DNA of 64,000 nt, taken from assembly GCA_965112155.1 (NCBI GenBank), contig OZ218098.1. One strand, 5' to 3'. Positions 1-12,958 of this stretch are shown here, piece after piece. Position 1 is the first letter of the stretch; every line of letters starts with the position of its first letter. The position numbers and the translations under genes are program-made. This DNA is from Podarcis liolepis. Taxonomy: Eukaryota. Below the pieces are notes generated by a model. That model saw only the letters and a program-made list of their open reading frames with translations, ran no database searches and had not been told where the DNA came from.

Positions 1-254
1 CAGCTCCTACCAACCTAGCAGTTCAAAAGCACATCAAAGTGCAAGTAGATAAATAGGTACTGCTCCAGTGGGAAGGTTAATGGCGTTTCCATGCGCTGCT
101 CTGGTTTGTCAGAAGCGGCTTAGTCATGCTGGCCACATGACCCGGAAGCTGTACGCCGGCTCCCTCGGCCAATAAAGCGAGATGAGCGCCGCAACCCCAG
201 AGTCGGCCACGACTGGACCTAATGGTCAGGGGGCCTTTTACCTTTACCTTTACC
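1..254 (+). mobile_element. Sauria SINE (POM/Squam1 type), 5' part cut by the window edge
   Basis: Near-identical to the copy at 3335-3679, with the BovB-like 3' end and (ACCTTT)n tail. Confidence 0.92.
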
Positions 255-3200
255 ACTTCATTTCCAAGCTGATAGGCTCTTGACCAGCAGCGTTTTTTGT
301 TAGCAGGTGTGATAAATAGCATACCTGGGAAGGGGAAAGTGGCAGTGGACTTTCATTATCTTCCCTGCATTTAAAAATATGAAGACAAAGGACTATCAGC
401 ACCACAGTGTAGCACAGGAAACTTTTGCTATTTGTTAAAATGATTAAAATGTTTTATACCAGTGGCAACTCTAAGATGATAGAGCATTTTGTCAAGTTAA
501 ATATAAATTATAAGTAAGCATTATTTGTCTGGGGAAAAACATTGTGAGAATGCAGTTTTGCTCAATACTGTTATTAGGCTGTTCCAAATTGCTTGTGTTA
601 GCAGTTAGGCATTTAAGAGGGGACAAAACAGCTGTAGAGCCAAAATAAGCCTCTGCTTTTCTTAATTAAGCTTTTCTTAATTACGAAAAAAAAGTGGAAG
701 GGACTGCACAGATAATCAAGCATTTGAGACAGCCTTGTAATGAGTTGGCCTATAGATCCACCTAGCTGAGCCTTCCCAACCTTGTGTTCTCCAGATGTTA
801 TTAAAGCCCCATCATCCCTGGCCATTGGCCACACGGGCTGGGGGTGATGAGCGTTGGGAGTCCATTCATAAGTGGAGGGCACAAAGGTTTTTTAATATCT
901 AGGTGATATCTGGTTCCGAGGGACCTTTTAGCTTTTCCAATCCTAAGAAGAGCCCTACTGAGTTAAACCAAAGGCTTTTTGAGTCTAGCATCCTGTTGGC
1001 CAATTAGATGCATGTGGGAAGCCCATGTAACAAAACAAAACAAAAACAAAAACAGGAGTTAATTTATCAGTATGTCAGTGACGACATATGTGAAAACATA
1101 TCAGAAATGTTAAAGCTGAGCCCTGTGCTAGTCTAGCATTGTAGTATACATGTGTGAATCAATAGCAGAGTGGGCATGTGCTTGAGCATTGCAAGGCTCA
1201 TACCTAGGAGAAACTTGCTTCCTTGTTGCTTTTCAGTTTATGCACGGAGGCCTCAGCCTGTAGCATTGTTGGGCAGCCGATCAAACCAGAAGATCATTGA
1301 TATGTCTCCCAGTGAAAAAGAAAAGTAGAGGCTGGCATCTCTTGCGCAACACAGAAGCAGAAGGGTGAGTGTTATATGAAAAGTGCTTTGAAAAAAGACC
1401 TTTCAGCCACATTTTAAATTTTAACAGGATTTATATAAGTGGCAACAGCTTACTTTTTAGCCTTAAGGCTCGGGTAACAACAGATAAAAGCTTCTGAAAT
1501 GTTTATTGTCTCTCTCCTTCTTCTTTTTTTAACCTTATCTATACAGAATTAATGACTCTTTCCTTTGGAATCTTACCTTGAGTGCCTAACAGATATCTCT
1601 TAGGGCTTTGGGAAATGTGTTGATAGGGGCTTCATACGCAAGGACTTTAAAGTACAATATAAATCCCAGACTGCCCCCCCCCCTTGCCTCCCACGAATAT
1701 TGCTTTTAACCTGAACCCATCAGCTACTACTGTAGTGTAGAGGCTTGTTTGGAAACCACTATATCTATTGTGAGGCAAACAGGGCAAAACGGAACCATCT
1801 CCCCAGTCATATGCTAGCCTGTATCTCTGAAGTAGCCAATATGTTGTTGGACTACAACACCCATCAGCCCCGACCCCATCATCAAGGATGATGAGGGACA
1901 ATGGGTATTGTAGTCCAAAAGCATCTGGTTGGCACAGCATTGGCTACCCCTTCTCCAGGGGAATTGATTCTATGATTCTGTCTGCTCCATACTCGTTTCA
2001 GTGGCAAGAGAAGGAGAGTTTGGAATCTGCCAGGTTATAAGGCAAGGTGCAAATGTATGGAACAAGCAGCAGTGGCCCATAGTGTAAAACGAGGCTTGCT
2101 GGATAACAAGTGTCACCCAGACTGTGTGGACGTGGGGGCATCTCTTCCCACATGGAACAGGACAGGATTTTAGATGGCAAGCAATGGCATGTGGAAAGAT
2201 GGTTCAGATTATGAGAAGTTTGGAGCTGCAGGGTGGAGAGCAGGGATAGTGCTAATTAGGAGCTATGGTGGAACTGAAAAAGGGGTTTTGGCAGACAAGT
2301 GGTACATGGGACAGTACATTGGGACCATATGGTTAGGGCTATTTTATAACCTAGCCGCTAGTCTTACTACCTCCTTTATAAAAGCTTGTGATTCCTGTCC
2401 ATAAACAAATTAGACTGCGGCCTCTGAACATCTACTGAGTGGGAAGTTTTTCCTTCCAACAGAGTTGAATTTGCATCCATTTTAGATTCTTCCCCCTTCC
2501 ATTCACTTAACCGTTTAACATTTTCTGCAGCTGTGTATTTTATCTTCCGTTGGCATAAATAGCTACACACAGAGATCCTAAGATGGCAGCAGCTGCCATC
2601 TTCTAGGTCTCCCTTTGACAGTTTTGAGCCACCCCTGCTGGTCTTTGTGACAAAATCCTCAACCCCCAAAGCTATGAATTTTACAGTAGCTCCTGTAACA
2701 GGATATGGGTAATGAAATATGAGCACGGAGGAAGGTTGAAGTGTGATGATGGATTGATCCCTCTGAATCATGTCATCTCCGCCAGCTGTTTTGTAACTAA
2801 GTGAAGTGACAAGATCATTAATGTGGACATTTCCCTCTAAAAATCCCATCACTATCTTCATTAGCACTGGGTCACTACTGGCTCTCTGCTTATTTCAGTT
2901 GGGTGGTGAATTTCAAGCAGCTGAGAAATGCTGCGGTGTGTTTGGCGACTGCAGTTGTTAGCAACTTGAGTACAGGAGGAGTCAGGCAACACGCTGCAAT
3001 CTCAGCGGAATAGATCAGCCAAAGGCCACAGCTAACGGGTAGATTTTGCTGCATGCAATTAACATAATCTGAGCACCGCTTCATGCTTTTTCTTCAGCCG
3101 TTCGCCAAAAAATGAGAAGCTGAAGTGAGGGCTAACACAGTTTTTTAGATTGAAATGTGGAGATCTGGGTTTTTTTTATTTTAAAAAATCCAAAAAGCAC

Positions 3201-3334
3201 TCATATTCCAGGAAACTTCAGGTCTCCTGGGGCCAGGGGTGGGAAGGGGGTGAGATTCTGGTTCCTGAATCACTGTTGACTCTTGCCCATGCAGTCAACA
3301 GTGATCAATAAGGGATGAGTATTGGGGGAGGAAA

Positions 3335-3679
3335 GGGATGCGGGTGGCGCTGTGGGTTAAACCACAGAGCCTAGAACTTGCCAATCAGAAGGTCGGTGGT
3401 TTGAATCCCCGTGATGGGGTGAGCTCCCGTTGCTCAGTCCCTGCTCCTGCCAATCTAGCAGTTCGAAAGCACGTCAAAGTACAAGTAGATAAATAGGTAT
3501 CGCTCCAGCGGGAAGGTAAATGGCGTTTCCGTGCGCTGCTCTGGTTTGCCAGAAGCGGCTTAGTCATGCTGGCCACATGACCCAGAAGCTGTACGCCGGC
3601 TCCCTCGGCCAATAAAGTGAGATGAGCGCTGCAACCCCAGAGTCGTCCACGACTGGACCTAATGGTCAGGGGTCCTTTT
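3335..3679 (+). mobile_element. Full-length Sauria SINE with 16-bp TSD
   Basis: tRNA-derived head with A box (GGTGGCGCTGTGG) and B-box-like GGTTTGAATCC. TSD TATTGGGGGAGGAAAG at 3320-3335 and 3680-3695. Confidence 0.95.
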
Positions 3680-3743
3680 TATTGGGGGAGGAAAGTCCTT
3701 GGAGCTTTTGAAGTGTCTCTGTAGTTTAAGCTTTTTCAGAACT

Positions 3744-3933
3744 GAGCATAGGAAGTTGCCTTGCACTACATCAGGCCATTGGTCCATCCAGCTTGGTATT
3801 ATCTATACTGACGGGAAGTGGCATTCCAAGACCTCACACAGGGCTGTGTCCCAGCCCTACCTGGAGGTACCTGGGATTTAACCTGGGAGCTTCTGCATGC
3901 AAAGCGGACGCTCTGCCACTGAGCTACACCTCG
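3744..3933 (-). mobile_element. Squam2-like tRNA-derived SINE
   Basis: Reverse strand reads TAGCTCAGTGG...GCATGCAGAAGCTCCCAGGTTAAATCCC (tRNA-like head). Homologous to copies at 17034, 52342 and 54582. Confidence 0.8.
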
Positions 3934-5427
3934 CCCTTTCTGCAGTGCTCAGTGAGCCCAACAGGGAAGCTGTGTTATGTGTGCTTTCATTGCCATATCT
4001 GGTGCCACCTTCTGTGCCCAGCTGCAAGCACTGCCATATATCGCTGCCTTCTGTGCACTGTAGATACGAGACAGTCTTCGTGAGGGAACTATTAGTGAGA
4101 ATACTGTATTCTTTATTATGAGGAAGATTGGAATACTTAAATCACGGCAGGTCATCCTTTCATTTGGAGCAATAGCTGCAGTTCCAGTGAGTTATGTGTT
4201 CCGTTGTTGTAATTTTCTTTAACCAATTGTAATATCTCAGGCTCTGTTCAAATAACTGTTCGCAATGTAGAATTACATTTGGCTTATGTGCGCATGTTTT
4301 ATTTCCCCACCCCCACCACACACAGGAGTATCTACAAGGTTGCTACCATGCAAATAGTAGGGGGACATACACAAAATTTTAACTAGAGTTTTTCTTGGAG
4401 AAAGCTTAGCCTCCACCCTTTCAAGCTAGTTGAGTAGCATTGAAACATAGCACGTTGTGCTTAAATGAAATAGCTGCCACTCCACATCTGAGCAGAGTGA
4501 ATGCAAGACTATTTTCAACTGGAGAATTTCAAGCTCTGGGTTCCAGCAAAGCTCAGAAGCTGCTTCTCATGATGCAAAGGGATGATGCATAGTTGTTTTT
4601 TAACATGCCGTTTCTCTTCACTAAATTAATGAAGGTCAAATGCAAGGATGGACAGTTCACTCTGTTTCTGGTCTATGCTGGTTTCTCATGTATGTGGTGG
4701 TGCTGGTTCTTGTATACTGTATTGCTTTCATCATATGAAGAAATTAATAGCTAGCATATGGAAAAAATGGGGGGGGGGAATACAAAACATAAATGGTCAT
4801 GTGCCCTAGGTGTAAAGTTAACCCGTTTCATTCTTAAAAATAAACCCATTGCTTGGTTTTCTATAGTACTAGGGATTGAGGTAATAGATGTACTTCATAC
4901 ATCTTCATACTGAAGAGTGATCAGTCCCTCTTTCTGCATTGCAAAATAAATTGCAAAAGGAAGCGCTGTTTGGAAACGTCATCAAGTGAATTTAGAAAGG
5001 GGAAGAAATAAACCAGAAATGGTTTCTGTGCAGAGCGTGCAATCAGCCAGAGAAATTAACTGCTGCATGGGGTCATAAAGTCAAAGACCACAGCTGGTTC
5101 AAAAATGGCTGAATAATTGGCCCGTAATAACACTTATGATTGTGTGCCTTAGCGTAATATAATCAAGACTCATGCTTGAGGGGTTTAGCTGATTGGTGTC
5201 AGAGTGAATGATCCTGCTGTTTGCATCCCATTTCTAGGGTTGTTCCAGTGCCTCTAGAACCTTGGCAGTTTTCTAGTTGTACCTATGGAAGATTCTTGGA
5301 CATGATTGTTAGAAAAAACCTATGAAAGTGTAGATTTATGGCAAAAAGGTTTTAAACTGCTTATAAAATTAAATGCAACAAATTGTGTGTAGCAGGGTAG
5401 GTTTTATATTATTAACATGGGACTTTA

Positions 5428-5740
5428 GTTATTTATTTATTTGGATGTATATTCTACTAAATAAAAAGACCTTCAGGGAGGCTTTCAATAAACAATAGTT
5501 TTTTTAAAAAAATAATCCATAAAATGTTAACACTGATTTAAAACCCAGTTAAAACTTTAAAGTGATACATAAGCAGTAAAATAAGCCTGAATGTCTGTTA
5601 ACCTCTCCCTCCAAAAACTTCTGAACTCGAAACATCTTGATCAGGTTTTCTGTCGGTGTATATGGAATGAGTCTGGCAGGCCCACCAAGGCAAGGATTTC
5701 CAGTGGGAGGGCATCACGCACTGAGAAAAGCCCAGCCCCT
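5428..5740 (-). mobile_element. L2 LINE 3' remnant
   Basis: (TTTA)n tail and TTCCAG...CACTGAGAAAAGCCC motif typical of antisense L2 3' ends. Confidence 0.45.
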
Positions 5741-6199
5741 CTCTTTAATCCTTCCTGAGAAGACTCCTGCGCTGGAATAAGGTCAGGCTTGCCCATTTGC
5801 ATTGTCTAATAGAACTCAATAGGAGAACAAAATCAACCCGTATCTGCATAAGGACCTTGGGTTACATTTCCCTTCATCACATTAGAAAAGCCTTTTCCAG
5901 TCCAGGCCCCCAGATATTGTTGGACCATAACTCCCATCATCCTGACCACTGGCCATCCTCACCACTGGCTGAAGGGAGATGTAGGCCAACAACATATGGG
6001 GATACAAGTTTGCAGAAGGCTGGGCTATTAAGAACAAGCATCAGAAAAATTGAATCACCATGATAAAACCAAAGATCTGTCTAGCCTGCCTTTTCCTGTT
6101 GGAAATACATGTGACAGCGGGCCAGACAAGCCACCCTAGGAAGGGAGTGCCGGGCACAGCCACTGAGTGCTAGAATGTGACAGGGCCCAAGAACAGGTA

Positions 6200-6417
6200 C
6201 AGTGGTACCTCGGGTTACAGACGCTTCAGGTTACAGACTCCACTAACCCAGAAATAGTACCTTGGGTTAAGAACTTTGCTTCAGGATGAGAACAGAAATC
6301 GTGCAGCGGCAGCAGCGGGAGGCCCCATTAGCTACAGTGGTACCTCAGGTTAAGAACATTTCCAGGTTAACAACGGACCTCCAGAACGAATTAAGTTCTT
6401 AACCCGAGGTACCACTG
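6200..6417. mobile_element. Tc1/mariner (Tigger/pogo-like) MITE
   Basis: Perfect 18-bp TIR CAGTGGTACCTCGGGTTA, TA duplication on both sides, and an internal TIR-like copy near 6335. Confidence 0.9.
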
Positions 6418-7902
6418 TACTTCCCTATATGGAATTCTGGCTGTGATCAGAAATCAGTGCTTCAAATGGAATACGCATACAATAGGTAGGTTGTGTTTGT
6501 GAGACAATTGTGTAGGGAGCCTTAACTGTGTTTATTATGATATTGTTATTTATTGTGTGTAAGCCGCTTTGAGATTCATTTGAATGAAAAGTGGCATAGA
6601 AATATAATAAATCAAATCAACCTGGAGGAAAGTGATGAGCTAGTGGAGGCAGGGCTTGGCAGCACTCCCTGTTGGCATGTGTGCTTACACGTGAGTAGAA
6701 TTAATGCCCAAATAGCGCTAAGATGCCTGGATAACACTTTACAGAGCTGATTTGTGTTTTTGCAACCTTTTAGAAGTCTAAGCTTTCTGTGATTTACTGC
6801 TCTTGGTGGATATGTGTTGTATGTTTTTAATGTGTGTGTGTTTCTTTGTTGCCTTATTCAGGCAATAAGATTTTGGGGTTTGTAGCAAATTCTGAAAGTT
6901 ACAGGGTGAAGTTTTCTTTGACCATCAGTATTCTGCAACACAGACATCAGATAACTTGACTTTAAAATTTGAATGCTCTTTGGTGGTCCAAAGAGCAATA
7001 CCGATGGATGTCATGCAGCGTGGCTGGAGCCACTGACAGAATAGGGTGATATTGATGTGGTAACCCACTGCATGCTAAAATGTTATCTGAACCTGTGAAA
7101 AGTCTGAAAGTAGCTCGAAGGGTTTTTTTAGCAGTGTTCTTTTTTCTTTCTTCTTCTTAAAGTTTCACAAATGCCATGCATAGGCTGCACACTTCAAATA
7201 CAAAGAAAGGTTTCTTAGATTTCTGAAGACACTCTTCTACTAGTAGCAATGCCCGTTCAGCCTGCACTCTCCAGAAAATAGTCCCCCCCCCAAAAAAAAA
7301 GTATCCCAATAGAACCACACCATCCCTCCATCCCCTTTTATGCACTTTTCTGTATCCCAACTCTGGATGTGATGTTCCCTGATTAGCTCTCCATGCTTCT
7401 TCCCTTAGTGATGTCCTCTTTATCACTACCCTTGAAGCCAGTGGGATCCTAATACTGGCTGAGTAGCTACAAGCAATAGCAGGATTAGCTCACTGGAGTA
7501 GGAATTAGGGCCGTGCAGCAAAGGGAGGCTAAGAACATACTACTTTTAGAGGTTAGGTATTAGAACCAAGATGTAGTTTGATGGCAGGGTTTCAGGGTTT
7601 AGTGCACGGCAGTCAATCATGACAGCAGCCCCAGTGACCACATGCCACCCTCACTTGCACACGATTCTCCTGCCTGCTATCCTTTTACCCCTTTCTATAC
7701 ACTTGTTCACAGAATCCACTGGGCAGAAGTATACAAGCTGTCTCTACACATCTGAAGTGTCTAAAGTGTTTGTGTGAAAGAATGTGTACCTGTTGATTTG
7801 CACAACTCTACTATTGTGTAGTAGAGGTTCACATATTGTACGCTTGTTGAATGTAATGTGATTGCCACTCCTCATAGTCACTTCCACTGCACTGCATTAA
7901 GG

Positions 7903-8122
7903 TAGGGCTGCCATACATCTGGAATTTCCCAGACATAGCCAGGATTTGACTGTTGAAAATGGAGTCCAGGCGTAATTTTCGAAAACTGGCAAAAATGTCT
8001 GGTAAAAACTTCCAAGTTGGGGGGGGGGAAGGTTTTGCAAAAAAGGCTCAACAACTTTGCCCCCCCCAAACCCCCACAACTTTTGTGTCCAGATTTTCAC
8101 TGTTTGAAATATGGCAACCCTA
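7903..8122. mobile_element. hAT-Blackjack-like MITE
   Basis: TIR TAGGGCTGCCATA / TATGGCAACCCTA. Related to the inverted copy at 51584-51760. Confidence 0.8.
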
Positions 8123-9679
8123 ATTAAACGAGTGAAGGAAAGCGCTCTAAATGACTCCTCTATAGGGTATCCTATGGGTCTTTTGACTTACTAAATTTTC
8201 TAGCTCAACTTGCAGACTACATCTTAGAAGGGTTTCCCTGGCAAATGGTAGAGACAGATATGTCTCTCTGATTGGATACTGGTATTTTTTCAGGCATAAT
8301 TAGATTTGAATGCATAACACAAATCTGATGGGGCTCGCTTGTGAACTCGCTAGTTTAAGCATTCATTCTCTCTTTTACTCCTTGTACATATAAGAGCTAA
8401 GTTCATTTTCAGCCACAAGCTTTTGTTTATGGGAATTTGCCCTCCTAAGTGTTGCACGGTGTTAAATTTACTTCTAGTATAAACAAATTAACAAAACTGA
8501 TGCTGTACATTAGAATCTGGTGTTGTAATTCTCTTAAATGTTAGGCATTTATTGATTTGGTTGCACATTATGCTTCGTGTTTGACCTGTTGGAAGTTGAG
8601 GAGCATGCACTTGGAGGGTTTGCCTCAAAGGGTTAATTTCATTTTGTTCCTATTCCCAGCAGCTGTCAAAGGTGTTGAAACATTGGGTATTTATCTTCTT
8701 GATAAATGCTGCCCATTTGGATTTGATCAGAGCACTTTCAATTTATTCCTGCCAGGGTGAAGTTAGACATCAAGATCTAGAGCGATAAGGAAAAGGAATT
8801 CCATTATGACAAGAAAGGTCTACCAAACCTTGTCTGGAAGCAAACAGAGGGATGGTACAGCAAATTCAACTTGGCTGTTGCTGAATGTAGATTATAAAGC
8901 AGTTCAATAGTTGAGAAACCAATAAAGAAACACAAACGTTATCTTATTTCATTTAATGTGCCGTAGGTTGTTCCTCAGCGATAGGTTATCAAAGTAATTA
9001 TTTTCTTGGGCTTACATAAGTTACATGTGATTGTGTCAATTCACGTATTGAAAAGTTTACTCTATGAAAGTAATTTGGGGAAGATTTTAGAATATGTTTC
9101 CCGGTTTGAAATTGTTATTAGCATACTCTTTGATTTTAGTTACAATTAAAGATTCTAAGAAATATGATGCCATAATTATTCTGTTATGTATTATAAATAA
9201 TCATGATTCCCGCTAAAAGCTTTAGGGATAATAGCAACTTTTAAGATCAACAATTTCTGAAGAGCCAAGGTTATTAAGTTTTCTTTCTCGAGTTTGGTTT
9301 AATTGTGATTATCCTCCTAGTGAGCCTTCATGCTGATATGATTCCATAAAACTTGCATGGAAGTTATTCAGTGTTGCCTGTTTATATATGACATTGCCAG
9401 GTTATTATCCCTCACTTTCCTGTGCAATTTTCTGTTACTCTTCTTATCTTCCCCCTTTTTTGCAGTTAGAAAAGTGACACCATGATTGCACTAGAAAGTG
9501 TGGGATAGCAGCCAAATTTTGTGTGAATAAACAGCCTGCCTGATAGCACCCATCGCCTGTTATCTTGTAAGCAAGGACTGGGCCTTGCAACATTTTGTTC
9601 GTTGGCAAGTTTTGTTGTGTTGAAAGGGGACAGTGGGAATGAATTCAATAGAGAGAAAGAGTGAAATGTGCATAGTAAA

Positions 9680-9816
9680 GGTGACCCAAGTTTGACTGAG
9701 TTTCCAGATAAGTAATAAATATATTTATTAAGGGTGACCCAAGTTTGACTGAGTTTCCAGATAAGTAATAAATATATTTATTTATTAAATATATTTATAT
9801 TTATTAAGCGGTGACC
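9680..9816. repeat. 53-bp-period tandem duplication (2 copies plus a partial)
   Basis: Identical 50-bp blocks at 9680-9729 and 9733-9782, with GGTGACC recurring at 9810. Confidence 0.95.
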
Positions 9817-9838
9817 GGGAAGTATGTGTGGTTTAGAC

Positions 9839-11065
9839 CAAGGTTGGGGAACATTTTTGAGCCTAAGGGCTGGTTCAAGAAATGGCCCACACTCTAGTGA
9901 CCATAAGTGGCAGGTGGGCAGATCCACTCGATCAATCACCAGACTTCATCATGACGTCAGATGACAACTTCAAAGGAGCTCATCGTCAGCACCAATCAGC
10001 TGACAAAAGTTAACAATGTGCTTGGCTTTGTCCATTTGCAGGAACGGTTTGGATTCAAACTGTGCCTGCAAATGGGCATTTCTCCTCTGCAGACTAACAG
10101 AGCTGTCTGTAAAAGAAAAATGTCAGTTTGCAGGCACGGCTTGAATCCAAATAGCACTTGCCCATGGACTACTTCAATGTCTATGCCAATCAGCTAATAG
10201 CTGGTTTAGAGTTAGCTTTGCAGGTCAGACCTGTTGTGTATAGCTCCAAGGCCAGAAGAGAGAAGGCCTTGCTCCTGGGAAATGATAATCCAGCCTCACC
10301 AGAATATGGAAACGTGAGAAGGGCCACAGTGACAATTCTTTAAACCCTGTAGCACAGGATGTTCATATGGGGGAAGGTCTTCCTTGAAAGGATCAGGACT
10401 TAGATCATGTACAACCAAGGCACAAACCCAACTGTGTTAGCCTATGTAGGTGTTTCAGAATAGGTACAATATCTTTGCTCCTTAGCTCTCTCTCGTTTAA
10501 TAATCTATGGGCAACAACATTCTGTGCTAGCTAAAGTTGGCAGCTCATTCTGCTTTATGTGCCCATGTGGATGAAATGAGGCATGATTCATCCATGGCTG
10601 GTTTTAAGTGACATTCTAACCTAGTTTAGTGTTTCAAGAATGATCCTAGGGCTTGCCTGCTTTTTACATACAATATGCGGCAGCAATTGTGTGTGTCCAT
10701 ATGGCAGAACAACAACGGATCCCAGCTCCTTGCTATTGGTGCGCTTGCCTTGGGCTGGATTGCAACTGCATTTCCAGCATGCATACATCACATTGCTTGG
10801 AATGGCCCCTGGATGTCTAGCCAGTATGATCTGACATGTGTTTGGGCTGATCATTGGTATTTGCTGAGAGCCCATTGCGGTGCTTTGAAGACCTGACAGC
10901 TGATTGTCATGGTTTCAAGGCACCGTGCACACAAGATGGTTTAATTTTTAAGCCTTGTGGGCAAAAATGCATCACCTGACATCAGGTGATTTACAGGTGG
11001 GCCATTTGGCCAGAATGGGGGAACTAAGAATCTGGCCTGCTGAACAGATGCTGTTGCTCACCCTG
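9839..11065. mobile_element. Old hAT-Charlie-like element (about 1.2 kb) with internal palindromes
   Basis: Degenerate TIRs CAAGGTTGGGGAAC / GTTGCTCACCCTG, weak TSD GTTTAGAC/GTGGAGAT, subterminal inverted AATCAGCTG motifs. The right flank continues as a Squam2-like SINE 3' end. Confidence 0.45.
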
Positions 11066-12787
11066 GTGGAGATAGTACTGAGCTAGATGGACCTAGTATC
11101 AGGCAGTTTCCTTTGCTTACCACCCCAGTAAGGAGCTTTCTACATTACATTTCACCTTTTGAGTTAGTCCTGCCTTCCAAGAAAATGTCACCTGTAATTG
11201 ATTCCTGCATTGACTAGGGTCAGATAAAGGAGGGAAAAGTTTGGATTTGGTTTACAGACATGAGGCTTCTACTCACATTAAACCATCTATAGTCATATAA
11301 AGCTGGGAAGTAGCAGCACAGAGGCTGCAAATTTGGCGTTTAGAGTCACAAAGATTCTGAGATTCTGTCTTTAACAAGCATCCCGTTACCAATATTGATA
11401 ATGATGGGGCTAATGCATCCTGCCTGCCGCACCTGTTAAAGCAAGTGAGTATACCTGACATAGTCCTTGGCTACTTGCTTTTAGTGTGTCTCTGCAAGAT
11501 AACTTTTTTTAATGTGGTAAACATTGTCTGTCTTTGCAGTGTGTAGGACTCCTCCATCACACAGAAGTACTTAAGATTAAAGCCTTAATATTTAATAAGC
11601 TCTCTATTGTTATATGGAGAGTGTGCCAATGTGAAATTGGGCAGGCAGCTCTCTGGATTAATGGAAATGGGCAGCAGGGTTTAAAAGCCCCCAGTGATAA
11701 TCTGTAAATATGCTTAGGCACTGTCTCTCTGCAGCACCGCTGGGGAATCCTTTTCTTTCCCTATTTCATGAATATAAATCATCTTTGCAATTCCTGGGCA
11801 TCATTACCTGTTTGCCATGTGGGATTTTGGGAACATTATTAGTTTGTATGAGGGCATCTGCTCAACCTGAGCATGGATGTAATTCCTTCACCTCCTAAAA
11901 TCCTGATGCTTATTAAGTGGTATCATGGAAACAATTGTCAGCGAGTTTTTAAAAGGAGAAGGGGTGAGAATGAGTAAAGCAATCTCTGGCACTTTAAAAT
12001 AAGCAGAGCCACTCACTATGTGGCGACATGAATAAGCAGACAGACAATCTGATATGAAAGCCGAGATAAATCTAGAGAGATTTGAGGGATATTCAGGATG
12101 CATATCAGTTTTAAGCCTTATGCATTGAGTGGTCCTCCCTGTTTATAGCCGGCTTCCACTTTCTAGGTTAGACATCCCTGTATTGCCTGGCTTCAGGTAG
12201 GGATGCCTATGATACCGCCAAAGAGTAAATGATGCATTCCAGAATAAATGAACCCAAAATTGCCAATATAGTTCTCGGAACAATTAAATGCAAATTCTCC
12301 GCTATGCTTCCACAAGATTACTATGCATATATTTATGCGGAGTGCTGGCACTTTCAATTTACGTTTCAATTTTGCATTTAATGCACTGTAAAGCATTGAG
12401 CGAAACAGTAGTATCAGAGGAAGAGCCGGCTAAATTAGAAAGAGAAAGCCTTGTGCACCCTCAGCAATAACAATGGAAGTGTCATCTATTATTTCCGTTT
12501 ATATGCAGCAATATCTCTTCCCGTAAACAAGGCACTGGAGCATTCAATTAATCAATAGAGCAGAATGACTGAATATCCTGAGAGTCTGTTTTCTTTGTTA
12601 GGTCTCTGCATGGCAAGTGGTGCGAGGACTGACCAGCCCACAGTGGCGGAGGTGGCAGTCCCTGCACCGGCTTCTGGTGTGAATTTCTGAGGAAGTAGTA
12701 CAGTCTTTGCCCTGCCTCATGTGGCCTCCCACTCTTTGCCTTGTGCTTCCCAGTTGCACATCACCATTTCCCTCTTTAAACAGGTAT

Positions 12788-12913
12788 GATGCGGGTGGCG
12801 CTGTGGTGTAAACCATTGAGCCTTGGGCTTGCCAATCGGAAGGTCGGCGATTCAAATCCCTGCAACAGAGTGAGCTCCCATTGTTCAGTCCCAGCTCCTG
12901 CCAACCTAGCAGT

Positions 12914-12958
<45 letters not shown>

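Noticed and set aside
3335-3415. tRNA gene
   Set aside because: It is the tRNA-derived head of a SINE, continuous with the SINE body; the same applies to the Squam2 and Squam3 heads.
9466-9477. Acceptor followed by LEK-stop, matching the POLR2L C-terminus
   Set aside because: Only three codons. No other POLR2L sequence is present, and POLR2L is expected at the 5' side of TSPAN4.
9680-9816. CRISPR-like repeat
   Set aside because: Eukaryotic context and adjacent tandem copies without unique spacers.
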